Virus record (IMG/VR): IMGVR_UViG_3300044714_000251
Coordinates: 1-55,154 of that record
Source of the DNA: a virus
Taxonomy: Duplodnaviria > Caudoviricetes
Strand: one strand, 5' to 3'
Length of the DNA: 55,154 nucleotides
Positions 27,404-36,152 of this stretch are shown in pieces. A program made the translations under genes and the position numbers. Under the pieces are notes generated by a model. The model was not told where the DNA came from. It did not search any database and saw only the letters and a program-made list of their open reading frames with translations. Positions within the stretch are counted from its first letter, which is position 1. Every line of letters begins with the position of its first letter.

Positions 27404-28305
27404 ACCGGGGGCTCGGCAAGGGCTTCGCTCCGTCGGCCTCGGCGGCCGCTGCGGCCATGCCGGGGGCGAAGATTCGCCAAGAGTCGCATCCGCCGGGCGT
27501 TGCGGGAACCACATTTTCTCTGAAGGAGATGGCGAAGTACATCCGCGATGGCCGGAACGACCCCAGGATGATCGGGTGGGCAGGACGTGTCTTGGTGAAG
27601 GCAGGAAAGCCGAAGAGCGTCACGGCTCAGGCGCAGGCCATCCTGGACGAGATTCGGCGCGTGACGATGTATCTCCCCGACGGTGTCAACACGGAAAGAG
27701 TGACCGCCGCTCCGGTTTCGCTTTGCCTCGACGAGCACGGTCTCTGTCTCCCCGCAGGCGACTGCGACGATCGCTGCGTGTGTTTTGGCTCGGGCACGAT
27801 GGCGCTCGGCATTGAGACCATGGTGGTGGCCCAAGCCTATGACGGGAGCGGTCCCAACGTCCGAGCCACGCACGTGATCTGCGCGATTTTGGATCCGAGT
27901 ACGGGCTGGCAGCGTGTCGACCCGTCGACCGACGACTTCCCGGTTGGAAAGTCGTATCCTGCGACGAAGGAGTGGTGGATGGACCCGATCACAGGCACGA
28001 CAGCGTCAACCCCTGAGGGAGCGATGCAACCGCAGGCGAACCAAGAAGCCATGCGTGGCGACTTTATCGGCGTCGGTGCTGTGCCGCGCGGTCCGGTGGT
28101 CTACGGGCATCCAACGGGTCTCGGCGCCGTTCCGTTCGAGCACGCTTTCGGTGCAGTCGACGAGGGGTGCGAGCAAGGCCCCGCGGACGTAACCGCGGAT
28201 CTCACGCACGGCGACTGCCGGCAGAGGTTTCCTCTCTACGCTCCGCAGCCCATCGGGGTCGGAGACATCCCGGTGTTTCCGGAGTGGGTTCGACGTGGCC
28301 GATAA
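27400..28305 (+). CDS. Transglutaminase-like cysteine protease (candidate maturation protease)
   Basis: GDCDD (Cys), ATHVICAI (His), WQRVDPS (Asp) in canonical order. Confidence 0.7.
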   Translation: MNRGLGKGFAPSASAAAAAMPGAKIRQESHPPGVAGTTFSLKEMAKYIRDGRNDPRMIGWAGRVLVKAGKPKSVTAQAQAILDEIRRVTMYLPDGVNTERVTAAPVSLCLDEHGLCLPAGDCDDRCVCFGSGTMALGIETMVVAQAYDGSGPNVRATHVICAILDPSTGWQRVDPSTDDFPVGKSYPATKEWWMDPITGTTASTPEGAMQPQANQEAMRGDFIGVGAVPRGPVVYGHPTGLGAVPFEHAFGAVDEGCEQGPADVTADLTHGDCRQRFPLYAPQPIGVGDIPVFPEWVRRGR

Positions 28306-28738
28306 GGCACCGACGATTCAAGCGGAGTCGAACCGCGTCATGTTCGAGATGGTCGACGGCAAGCTTGTGCGACTTCCGCCGTCGTACCGGACGCTTCACG
28401 ATCCGACGGGCACGGCGTTGCCGAAGTGCGACGTGTTCTTTGCCCCCATCAAGCGTACTTCACAAAAGGTCGACATGGGCCGCGCGGCGCGGCGTTACTT
28501 TGGTCCTGAACATCGAGGGGTCATCGCTATTCTTCCGCGTGTGAAAGACGGACCGTGGAAGGTGATCGGGAGGGTGGCCGTGATCTACTACGCGAGGCTG
28601 GGGAAACGGGCTCCGGGCGGCTTCAATCACCCGTTCAAATCGAGACAGCCCACACTCTCGAAGTCTTCGCGTGGATATTACAAGCTTTCGCTCGGACAAG
28701 GATGCTTGGTCGACGACCGAGGATACGTGTTCCCCTAG
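28295..28738 (+). CDS. Basic hypothetical protein
   Basis: 147-aa ORF overlapping the upstream stop. Confidence 0.6.
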   Translation: MADKAPTIQAESNRVMFEMVDGKLVRLPPSYRTLHDPTGTALPKCDVFFAPIKRTSQKVDMGRAARRYFGPEHRGVIAILPRVKDGPWKVIGRVAVIYYARLGKRAPGGFNHPFKSRQPTLSKSSRGYYKLSLGQGCLVDDRGYVFP

Positions 28739-28751
28739 CGGAATCGTTCAC

Positions 28752-29994
28752 CATTCTCCGGCGCGGAAGCTCGGTCCTTCAGGAGCCGAGAGGAAGCGCC
28801 GTCTTCTTGTGTTTCGTCTTGGTAGTGCTACGCCTATGTCCGTGAAGCTCGTCGCGACCGTCAAGCTGCTCGTATCGCCCGAGGAGCGAGAGCGTCTACT
28901 CGCCACCATGCGTCGCGTGAACGAGGCGTGTTCCTGGCTGGCCGAGCGGGCATTTGAGCTTCAGTCCGCCGACAAGCTCCGGCTGCAAAAGCTCTACTAT
29001 CAGGACCTGCGCAACCACTTCGGCCTGTCCTCGCAGCACGCCGTGCGGACCATATCGAAGGTCTGCGAGGTCTACCGTCGCGACAAGTCCAGGCGCTACA
29101 CCTTCAAGCCGCTTGGCGCCATCGCCTACGACCAGCGCATCTACACGTTCAAAAACGGCCTCGACCGCGTGAGCCTTCTCGCACTCGACGGGCGCATCGT
29201 CGTGCCGTGCGCCGTCGGCGCCTACCATCGCGCTCGTCTCGAAGGTGTGCGTGGCCAAGCCGACCTAGTGTGCCGCAAAGGCAAACTATTCCTCTTCGTG
29301 ACCGTCGATGTTCCCGACGGCTCGCCCATTGATCCAGAGGGCTGGCTCGGCGTCGACCTCGGCATCCGCAACCTTGCCTTCGACTCGGACGGTGAGGCCC
29401 ACTCCGGCGAGCAAACGCTCGCATTGCGATCTCGTATCTCCAGGCTTCGCGCCGGTCTCCAGTCGGTCGGCACCAAGAGCGCCAAACGACATCTCCGAAA
29501 GCTCCGAAGGAGGGAGCGGAGCTTCCACGCCCACACCAATCACGTCATCAGCAAGTCGATCGTACGCAAAGCCAAAGACACCGGACGAGGCATCGCTCTT
29601 GAGGATCTCAAGGGCATCCGAGACCGGGTAACCGTTCGAAGGGCCCAGCGCTCGACGCTGCATTCGTGGTCGTTCTTCCAGTTGCGCTCGTTCATCACCT
29701 ACAAAGCCACGCTCTCTGGCGTGACTCTCGTGGCCGTGGACCCTCGCAACACGAGCCGAACGTGCCCTGAGTGCGGCAACATCGACAAGGCGAACCGCCG
29801 CTCGCAAGCGGAGTTCGTCTGTACCGGATGCGGCTTTGCTTCGCACGCCGATTGGGTAGGCGCGCGCAACATCATCCAGGGGACCAGTAATCGCCCCCAT
29901 AGGATCGGCTGTCAGGCTGGGTATCGAGCATGTTCCGTCGAGTCCTCAGCTATGCCAGGTCCAAAGCTCCGCCCTTTAGGGCGGGGTTGATTAC
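28752..29994 (+). mobile_element. IS200/IS605-family element, solo tnpB (IS1341-like)
   Basis: Left-end hairpin region CGGCGCGGAAGCTCGGTCCTTCAGGAGCCGAG..GCGCCG (~28759-28801); right-end hairpin CTCCGCCCTTTAGGGCGGGG then TTGATTAC; no tnpA. Confidence 0.75.
28836..29990 (+). CDS. tnpB: RNA-guided endonuclease TnpB
   Basis: RuvC I GVDLG, RuvC II IALEDL, Zn finger CPEC..CTGC, RuvC III HADWVGARNI. Confidence 0.93.
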   Translation: MSVKLVATVKLLVSPEERERLLATMRRVNEACSWLAERAFELQSADKLRLQKLYYQDLRNHFGLSSQHAVRTISKVCEVYRRDKSRRYTFKPLGAIAYDQRIYTFKNGLDRVSLLALDGRIVVPCAVGAYHRARLEGVRGQADLVCRKGKLFLFVTVDVPDGSPIDPEGWLGVDLGIRNLAFDSDGEAHSGEQTLALRSRISRLRAGLQSVGTKSAKRHLRKLRRRERSFHAHTNHVISKSIVRKAKDTGRGIALEDLKGIRDRVTVRRAQRSTLHSWSFFQLRSFITYKATLSGVTLVAVDPRNTSRTCPECGNIDKANRRSQAEFVCTGCGFASHADWVGARNIIQGTSNRPHRIGCQAGYRACSVESSAMPGPKLRPLGRG

Positions 29995-30401
29995 TTGACC
30001 CAGTAGCCTGGCATGACCTCGGTGTAGCCGGATCCTCCGGTCGGCGAGACCATGCGTGTCGCGAAGCTCTTTGGACCGACCATGGTCGGAGAACTCGGAA
30101 TCCAAACCCACGCAGACTGGTTCTGTTTGCCGTTGAAGTAGTTTGTTCGCTTCACCCAGTTTCCTGCTCCCGCCTGCGGGTTGAAGTTCGGACGGTTCGG
30201 AGCGGCATACCAGCACCAGAGGACGGTGGAAAACGCGATCGAAGTGCGCTGTGCAGTCGCAGGACTGCGCGGAGCATCCCCCACCCCTACGTTCCCTCGT
30301 CCCGCGCCTTGGCCTTGATGCAAAGAGCCTGGCGTTTCTTGCTCGAATCCGAGACGGGTGGGCGGAAGAAGATGCTGCGGGAACGCGAAGTCTTTGCGCA
30401 T
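29991..30401 (-). CDS. Trp-rich protein with GVG motif, likely paralogous to parts of 25779..27035
   Basis: MRKDFAF..LPP..LGF vs MEDFAF..RPP..IGF; WVWIPS vs QVWIPT; promoter TTGCTG-17-TAGAGT-7nt-ATG. Confidence 0.55.
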   Translation of the reverse strand: MRKDFAFPQHLLPPTRLGFEQETPGSLHQGQGAGRGNVGVGDAPRSPATAQRTSIAFSTVLWCWYAAPNRPNFNPQAGAGNWVKRTNYFNGKQNQSAWVWIPSSPTMVGPKSFATRMVSPTGGSGYTEVMPGYWVK

Positions 30402-30750
30402 GAAGAGCACTCTATTCCGGCGTGGTATCGTCAGCAATATGAAGCGCCGTGGCGACGACTACGTAGATCGCATGAACAGGTTTCGCGCCGGAGAACCGTC
30501 CGGTATTGCAAACAGTGAAACTTGTATTGCAAAGCAAACTGATTCTTACGGTATTGCACGTAAGACGTCTCGACGAAAGAAGCGAAGGCCCTCCGCTTCG
30601 CTTTCGCCCGAGAAAACAAGCGCGCGCCGCAAAACAAGGCACGTCGTTGCAATACATCGTAAGCACCCCAGAAAGCGCTCTTCCAGAGGTTTGACGGGGC
30701 GATCTCAGGCGGGTACGGTCACGGAGTTATCCCAACAGGAGACTCGTTAC
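30402..30750. promoter_or_regulatory. Divergent control region of the structural operon
   Basis: TTGACG-17-TACGGT (30691-30719); AGGAG RBS; four GTATTGC sites (30503, 30524, 30551, reverse 30649-30655). Confidence 0.65.
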
Positions 30751-32115
30751 ATGCCGAAGTCGCGTCGCAAGTCCAGGGCTGCAAGGGGCCGTAAGCGAGA
30801 CGCCAAGGGACACTTCGTAAAATCTTCCGTTGCGGCGCCCAAGCGGCGCAGGCGGAGAGCACGTCGGTCGGCCGAGGCAACGGTGGCCGCCCCGAAGCGT
30901 CGACGAAGGACACGAAGGAATCCCTGGTACAAGCAACCGCGTCGGCACGCGAAGGCTGCGAAGAAGGGCTGGAGGAAGCGTCGCCGCACGCACGCGAAGC
31001 GTCGTCATGCCGCTCCGGCACGTCGGCGTCGCCGCGTGACACGAAAGAGCCGCACGATCATCGCCACCGGGCGAGGGCGTGCGCGCCGTCGGGGCTCACG
31101 TCGTTCGACCCCGATCAACATCAAGGTGTCCTTGGCTCCGAAGCGGAGGAAGGCGTCGCGAAAACGTCGCGCTTCTCCGAAGCGTCGCCATCACGCGCGC
31201 CGTCATCGTCACGCGCATTACACGCCGGCGTCGCATCAGCTCGCCGCGGATTCGTACGCGCTGTCGAACCCGCTCTCAGGTGGAGAGCTCGTCCTTCTCG
31301 CGCTGACGGGAACGATCGGGTACGGCGTGGCCGATTTCGTCGGTCGCTACATGGAGACGACCGCAACGTCGGGCGGAGCCGCGAACAGCGTCCCGACCGG
31401 CGCCACGGTGGCCAACGACGTGGCCACCACCGGTTGGCCCTCGTGGCAGGCTGGCCTGAGCCAGCTTGGCATCGCGGCGGTTCCGATCATCGGCGCATCT
31501 TTCGTGGACTCGCCGTGGGGTCGTGCTTCGCTCCAGGGCTTTGGCCTCGGCGCAGGGGCGGCTCTCTTCGGCAACCTGTTCCGAAACGCGATGGCGTCGC
31601 TCATCGGGAGCACCGCTCTCGGTCAGCAGCTCTATCTCGCCGAGTACGAAGCCCAGGCTCAGATGGGCACGGGCACGGCGGCCACGACCACCACGGGCCT
31701 TTCGGGTGTCCCGCGCGGTCGTCGGATGGTCCAAAAGGGCGTTGGAACGGCGGTCGCTTCGATGGTGCCCGGCAACGTGCCGAGCACGGTCGTGGTGCCT
31801 CGGATTTCGCAGCCGGTGACCCGGAATCCGGTCGCACCGTCCTCGAACATCCCGTCCTACAACGCAAGCACGCCTCCCGGCACGTCCCTCCAGATGCCGC
31901 CTGGCATCGTGACGAACGGCGGGGACGTGGTCGCCTCCCCTCCTCCCGGCACGCCGATTCCCGGCGGCGCTCAGGCGGGAGCCTCCTGTGCACCTTGCTC
32001 GTCAACGATGGGCGGGATCGCGGGGACCTACGACACGGCCGTGAACGCGATTCGTGACGAGTCCTGCCTCGGGAAGATTCCCGGGGGCTTCTACGGGATG
32101 TTCCCGGAGAACTGA
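30751..32115 (+). CDS. Protamine-like Arg/Lys-rich core protein fused to a membrane domain
   Basis: ~160-aa R/K/H-rich N-terminus with repeated APKRRR, then NPLSGGELVLLAL and hydrophobic segments, then a Pro-rich tail. Confidence 0.75.
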   Translation: MPKSRRKSRAARGRKRDAKGHFVKSSVAAPKRRRRRARRSAEATVAAPKRRRRTRRNPWYKQPRRHAKAAKKGWRKRRRTHAKRRHAAPARRRRRVTRKSRTIIATGRGRARRRGSRRSTPINIKVSLAPKRRKASRKRRASPKRRHHARRHRHAHYTPASHQLAADSYALSNPLSGGELVLLALTGTIGYGVADFVGRYMETTATSGGAANSVPTGATVANDVATTGWPSWQAGLSQLGIAAVPIIGASFVDSPWGRASLQGFGLGAGAALFGNLFRNAMASLIGSTALGQQLYLAEYEAQAQMGTGTAATTTTGLSGVPRGRRMVQKGVGTAVASMVPGNVPSTVVVPRISQPVTRNPVAPSSNIPSYNASTPPGTSLQMPPGIVTNGGDVVASPPPGTPIPGGAQAGASCAPCSSTMGGIAGTYDTAVNAIRDESCLGKIPGGFYGMFPEN

Positions 32116-32142
32116 TTTCCAGAGAGAGCTGATTTCCAGAGA
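32112..32142 (+). repeat. 14-bp direct repeat CTGATTTCCAGAGA x2
   Basis: 32112-32125 and 32129-32142, upstream of the capsid candidate. Confidence 0.8.
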
Positions 32143-32184
32143 AAACGTCGAGGGTTCTCTATTGGGGCCCTCCAGGAGAGACAC

Positions 32185-33453
32185 ATGTACAAGCAAGCCA
32201 GCAGCCGATCGATGCAGGGTCACCCGAGCCGCCAGATTGGCCTTGGGCAAGCGCCGAGCGACAACGTCGTCAACAGCGTTCTGTCGTGCGGATTCACGCA
32301 AGTCCCCGTCATCGAGTACGTGACGTGGACGCTCGACTTGCCCGTCCCGGACGCGGCGATCGACGCGACCTTCGGCGACGAGATCGACGTCCTCCAGAAC
32401 CCCAAGTCGGTCGCCGGCGTCGAGGACGTGGACTCAAGCTTTGTCATCAACGGCATTCTCCAAGTCGACATGCTCGTCATCGGGTTCGGCGTGCACGGCT
32501 TCGCGGAGCCCACGAACGGCGCCCAGATCGGCAACTACGTCAACCCGGCTCCCACGGCCGGCGCCGTGAACCCGTCCCCCGACAGCTACACCCAGAACGA
32601 CGTCATCAACGGCGCGCTCGGCGCGGACATCGGCACGGGAGGTGTGGCGGGTTCCTCGACGATCACCCCCGCGGTGCTCGAGTGGGGCGTCTGCGCGCAG
32701 AACGCGCTCTGGCACCTCATGAACGCGTACCAGTTCCAGTGGATCATGCAGCAGCGTTACCTGCTCATCAACGAGCTCGCGGCGGATGTGGCCTACTTCG
32801 GAAGCTACGCCGAGGCGGTTGCTGCGGGTTCCTCGAGCGCGGCGTTCCAGCGCCTCGTGCGACGCGTGAACAACAAGTACGCGTCTCTCGGCGCCCCGGG
32901 CGCGTTCCTTCCGATCAACGCCCAGCGCATCGGAAGCACGACGACCCTGACGACCACCAACAAGGGCATGTTCCACCCGACGCGAGCCTACGATCTCTTG
33001 GACGAGACGATCGGCGGTCTTCGCGCGCAGGGCATGAACGGCATGCTTCAGCCGTTCCGGAAGCTCTTCAAGCCGGTCCTCCTCGAGAAAGGCATTCCGA
33101 TCGGCATGCTGCTCCGCCAGCAGGACCAGTACCACGCGACGCTCATGCAGCAGTACCTGTCGCAGTCGGATTCTCTCGGCGGGACCGTGTCGACCATCTC
33201 GGTCGGCCCGACCACGAGCGGCCTGACCTCGACGACGGCCAACGAGTTCCTGGAGCTCACCTTGGATGCGACCCCGCTCGCGGTGCCGCAGCAAGTCCAG
33301 ACCGACCGAGTCCTCCTGAAGGGCGGCGCGCTGCAACTCGCCATCCTCATCAAGGGCTTCGAGGTGTGGGGCCCCTGGAAGCAGTATATCCTGAACAACC
33401 TCGTCCCGGCGGGCGCGGTCGGAACCGCGGCTTCGGCCGGATCGGCGGGCTGA
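32185..33453 (+). CDS. Candidate major capsid/structural protein (possibly jelly-roll)
   Basis: 422 aa, no clear TM, alternating beta-type segments, strong C/G-ending codon bias, AGGAG RBS, downstream hairpin, N-terminal IGLGQ; no HK97 hallmarks seen. Confidence 0.5.
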   Translation: MYKQASSRSMQGHPSRQIGLGQAPSDNVVNSVLSCGFTQVPVIEYVTWTLDLPVPDAAIDATFGDEIDVLQNPKSVAGVEDVDSSFVINGILQVDMLVIGFGVHGFAEPTNGAQIGNYVNPAPTAGAVNPSPDSYTQNDVINGALGADIGTGGVAGSSTITPAVLEWGVCAQNALWHLMNAYQFQWIMQQRYLLINELAADVAYFGSYAEAVAAGSSSAAFQRLVRRVNNKYASLGAPGAFLPINAQRIGSTTTLTTTNKGMFHPTRAYDLLDETIGGLRAQGMNGMLQPFRKLFKPVLLEKGIPIGMLLRQQDQYHATLMQQYLSQSDSLGGTVSTISVGPTTSGLTSTTANEFLELTLDATPLAVPQQVQTDRVLLKGGALQLAILIKGFEVWGPWKQYILNNLVPAGAVGTAASAGSAG

Positions 33454-33465
33454 GGCGCTTAGGAC

Positions 33466-33502
33466 CCGAGGGAATCCGCTCCTCCTTGGCGGATTCCCTC
33501 GG
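33466..33502 (+). terminator. 14-bp stem-loop after the capsid candidate
   Basis: CCGAGGGAATCCGC / GCGGATTCCCTCGG with a 9-nt loop, followed by AGTTCTTCT. Confidence 0.6.
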
Positions 33503-33531
33503 AGTTCTTCTCAAGGAGCTTCTGGAGACCC

Positions 33532-34155
33532 ATGACGACCGCCAATCAACAGCCTCGCCCGGTAGACATCGAAAGACTCGCGATGGTCGACCCGATCGCG
33601 GCCTACGGCATCGTCCTCGGGATTCCACAGATTCCACTGAGCATGAACTGCTCGGCTTCGTTCTCCTCGTTCGCGCTCGACCAGCAGCCCGTGGAGGGAG
33701 ACCTGGACACGACGATCGCCCAGAGGACCTGGGTCGACAACATCCAGTTTTCGCTCCAGCTCCCGAACGTCTTCGCGAACGACGTGTTCCAGAGTCAGTA
33801 CGTGGCGATGCTCAAGCAGTCGCCTGGCATTTCGATCCAGATGATCGTCCAGGGGGGGCCTCGCTACCTCGTGTCGCCGGAGTTCACTCCGCTCGAAAAC
33901 TTCGTGAACGTCCTCAACGGGACGCGCTGGACTTCTGGATGGCCGCTCTTCAAGCAGCAGAGCATCCAGGTGTTCTTTCAGCTCACGCAAGCGCCGTCGG
34001 GGTTGTCGCCAAACGCTCCGCCCTACAACGTGACGCTGACGTTCAACTGTTGGCAATTTTTGGATCACACAGTGGACGAGGTCAGCGTCGACGTGGCTGC
34101 CCGCAAACTCCGTGACCTAGGCTTCTTCGTACCCAAGGCCGTAGAGTGCCCCTGA
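33532..34155 (+). CDS. Putative beta-rich virion protein
   Basis: 207 aa, alternating hydrophobic strands, adjacent to the capsid candidate. Confidence 0.6.
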   Translation: MTTANQQPRPVDIERLAMVDPIAAYGIVLGIPQIPLSMNCSASFSSFALDQQPVEGDLDTTIAQRTWVDNIQFSLQLPNVFANDVFQSQYVAMLKQSPGISIQMIVQGGPRYLVSPEFTPLENFVNVLNGTRWTSGWPLFKQQSIQVFFQLTQAPSGLSPNAPPYNVTLTFNCWQFLDHTVDEVSVDVAARKLRDLGFFVPKAVECP

Positions 34156-34168
34156 ACGGAGGCACCCC

Positions 34169-35101
34169 TTGCGTAGAGGTCGATCAGAGCTTGTCACCGT
34201 AGGTCAGAACCCGAATCTCCAGCTCGTTGGCTCCGGGCCAGAAGGGGGGCCGTACGACCTCGGCCTGATGATCGGGCCGAATGGCGGCGCGCGCATTCGG
34301 CAGACGTTTCTCCTGGCAACCAAGACCTTCGGCGCGCACACGCGCGGGTACTTGAGAGGTCTGCGGCAGTACTTGACGATTGGTACCTACCTGCCTGTCT
34401 CGGGGACCGCGCAAGGGTACCTGCTCGAGACGCCGGTGGTCACGCCGACGTGGAAGTTTTCGGACGGGAACGTGATGTGGATGCTCCGGAAGATTCCGGG
34501 ATCCAAGAGCCACTTCACGCCGAACGCGAGCAACGGTCCTGGCATTTCGTTCCGCACCGCAAACACTCCCTCGCTCCTCTTCGAGACGGTCACGGGGAAT
34601 CCTCCGTACGTGACCTCGACCCCGCCCTACGGCGGAAGGCCTCCGGGCAACATTCTCGTGCCCGAGCTTGGAAGGTTTTTCGACCTCCGTTCGTCCTGGG
34701 CAGAGCCCCTCGAGCTCGACATTGAGATCTCGGGGCCTTGCACGATTGCGTTTTTCGCGAGCGTTCAGCAGACGATCCCGATCTCCGCCGGCGGGACGCA
34801 AATCGTCCCCCCGGCCACTCCGGTCATTTCCACGATCGCGGGAGCGGCGCCTGAGGACGCGTTTCTCCAGACCTACTCCTCGAGCGGCACGCCCGTGAGC
34901 TACATTCGCATTGCGGGTGCGCTCCAATTCGAGTACGTCGACTTCGCGCCGAGTGGCATGCCGAAGACCTACCGCTCCGCGTCGGTCGGGGATCGGCTCA
35001 CGAGCGACCGCGCGGTCACGGGAGACAACGAGATCCGGCAGAGCGGCGCGATCACGAGCGGCACGGGCGTGCCGATCGATTGCGAAGGCGGAAAGAAATG
35101 A
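34169..35101 (+). CDS. Putative virion protein
   Basis: 310 aa, beta/Pro-rich, GGAGG RBS. Confidence 0.6.
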   Translation: MRRGRSELVTVGQNPNLQLVGSGPEGGPYDLGLMIGPNGGARIRQTFLLATKTFGAHTRGYLRGLRQYLTIGTYLPVSGTAQGYLLETPVVTPTWKFSDGNVMWMLRKIPGSKSHFTPNASNGPGISFRTANTPSLLFETVTGNPPYVTSTPPYGGRPPGNILVPELGRFFDLRSSWAEPLELDIEISGPCTIAFFASVQQTIPISAGGTQIVPPATPVISTIAGAAPEDAFLQTYSSSGTPVSYIRIAGALQFEYVDFAPSGMPKTYRSASVGDRLTSDRAVTGDNEIRQSGAITSGTGVPIDCEGGKK

Positions 35102-35424
35102 ACGACCGGATCTTCTCTCCGCACCTTCTCGTCGGGCTTGGCTCCTCCACGCCTCCGTCAAGCGCTCTGGCGCCGCCCTCGCCTCCCCCTGAAGAGAAAG
35201 AGGCGTGCTGTTCGGAGTGCGCCGAGAGTGGCGGATCGTGCGGTTCGAAATCGACCGCGTTTCTGCCGGGACAAAACTCCAGCTTCCCTATCGGATTCGG
35301 TCAGACGCCGACGACCACGATCGTTCAGGACGCCGCGACGGCATGGGCGGTGCCGTTGACCATCGGCGCGATCGCGCTCGTGGCGGGCTTCGGACTCGCG
35401 TACGTGATTGCGGGGAACAAGTGA
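35098..35424 (+). CDS. C-terminally anchored membrane protein (GLG, GFGQ, Cys cluster)
   Basis: LLVGLGSS, CCSEC, PIGFGQT, TM. Confidence 0.65.
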   Translation: MNDRIFSPHLLVGLGSSTPPSSALAPPSPPPEEKEACCSECAESGGSCGSKSTAFLPGQNSSFPIGFGQTPTTTIVQDAATAWAVPLTIGAIALVAGFGLAYVIAGNK

Positions 35425-35741
35425 ACGTCTTCGACCGCAACCTGGTGGGCTTTGGGCAGCCCGCGAGCTCGCTCAACGGGTCCGATGGGTCGGACGGGAG
35501 TGACACCGACACGGGCGGGAATAGCCTCCTCCAGTCCGGTGGAAACACGACGCTCGTCGGGAGTGGCACGAGCACGTCGGGAGGGGATGGGTCTTCCTCG
35601 AGCGGGGACGATTCAAGCTCGCTCGCGTCCATCGCGACGACAGCGGAGGACAACTGGCCGTGGGTGGTTGGAGGTGTGGCGGTCGTCGCGGGGGTCGCGG
35701 CCATCGCGTACTTTGCGCACAGGAAGGCGACGAAGCGATGA
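35421..35741 (+). CDS. C-terminally anchored membrane protein
   Basis: NVFDRNLVGFGQ, Ser/Gly/Asp linker, TM. Confidence 0.65.
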   Translation: MNVFDRNLVGFGQPASSLNGSDGSDGSDTDTGGNSLLQSGGNTTLVGSGTSTSGGDGSSSSGDDSSSLASIATTAEDNWPWVVGGVAVVAGVAAIAYFAHRKATKR

Positions 35742-36151
35742 ATGTCTTCGACCGAAATTTGATTGGCCTCGGCCAAAACTACCTATGGGAGAAGTACCCT
35801 GGGGAGATCGCTCCTCTTGGCGCCACCGTCGTGGACGGAATGGCGGCCTTCCAGCCCGCGCACACAAGCACGGTCGGGCTTGGGCACACGGGACTTTCTG
35901 GATGCCCGGCGTGTGAGCGCGCACGGGGGATGGGCCAGACGGACCCAACGACGACGCCGCCTTCGACGACGGGCGGAGCGCCGCTCCCGACACCGCCCTC
36001 GGCGGTCGACACGACGTCCTCGGCTCCGGTCCCCTCGGGGACCAACTCCTCCTCAACGAACATCCCGCTTCTCGTCACAGGCATTGCTGCTGTAGCTCTC
36101 GGCCTTGGAGGTATCGCGTGGCTCGCTCACAATCGCACGACGGCGGGATGA
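35738..36151 (+). CDS. C-terminally anchored membrane protein
   Basis: NVFDRNLIGLGQ, VGLG, CPAC, RGMGQT, TM. Confidence 0.65.
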   Translation: MNVFDRNLIGLGQNYLWEKYPGEIAPLGATVVDGMAAFQPAHTSTVGLGHTGLSGCPACERARGMGQTDPTTTPPSTTGGAPLPTPPSAVDTTSSAPVPSGTNSSSTNIPLLVTGIAAVALGLGGIAWLAHNRTTAG

Positions 36152-36152
36152 G

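Noticed and set aside
28671-28835. N-terminal extension of TnpB
   Set aside because: Crosses the IS left end and the upstream gene; ATG 28836 fits TnpB size
30358-30750. N-terminal extension of the core protein given by the ORF track
   Set aside because: The region holds promoters and operator sites; the RBS supports ATG 30751
33451-33534. Stop-codon readthrough fusing the capsid candidate to the in-frame next gene
   Set aside because: A second in-frame stop (TAG 33460-33462) follows the TGA after two codons
32286-34115. 609-aa Arg-rich ORF
   Set aside because: Alternative-frame artefact of GC3-biased genes 32185 and 33532
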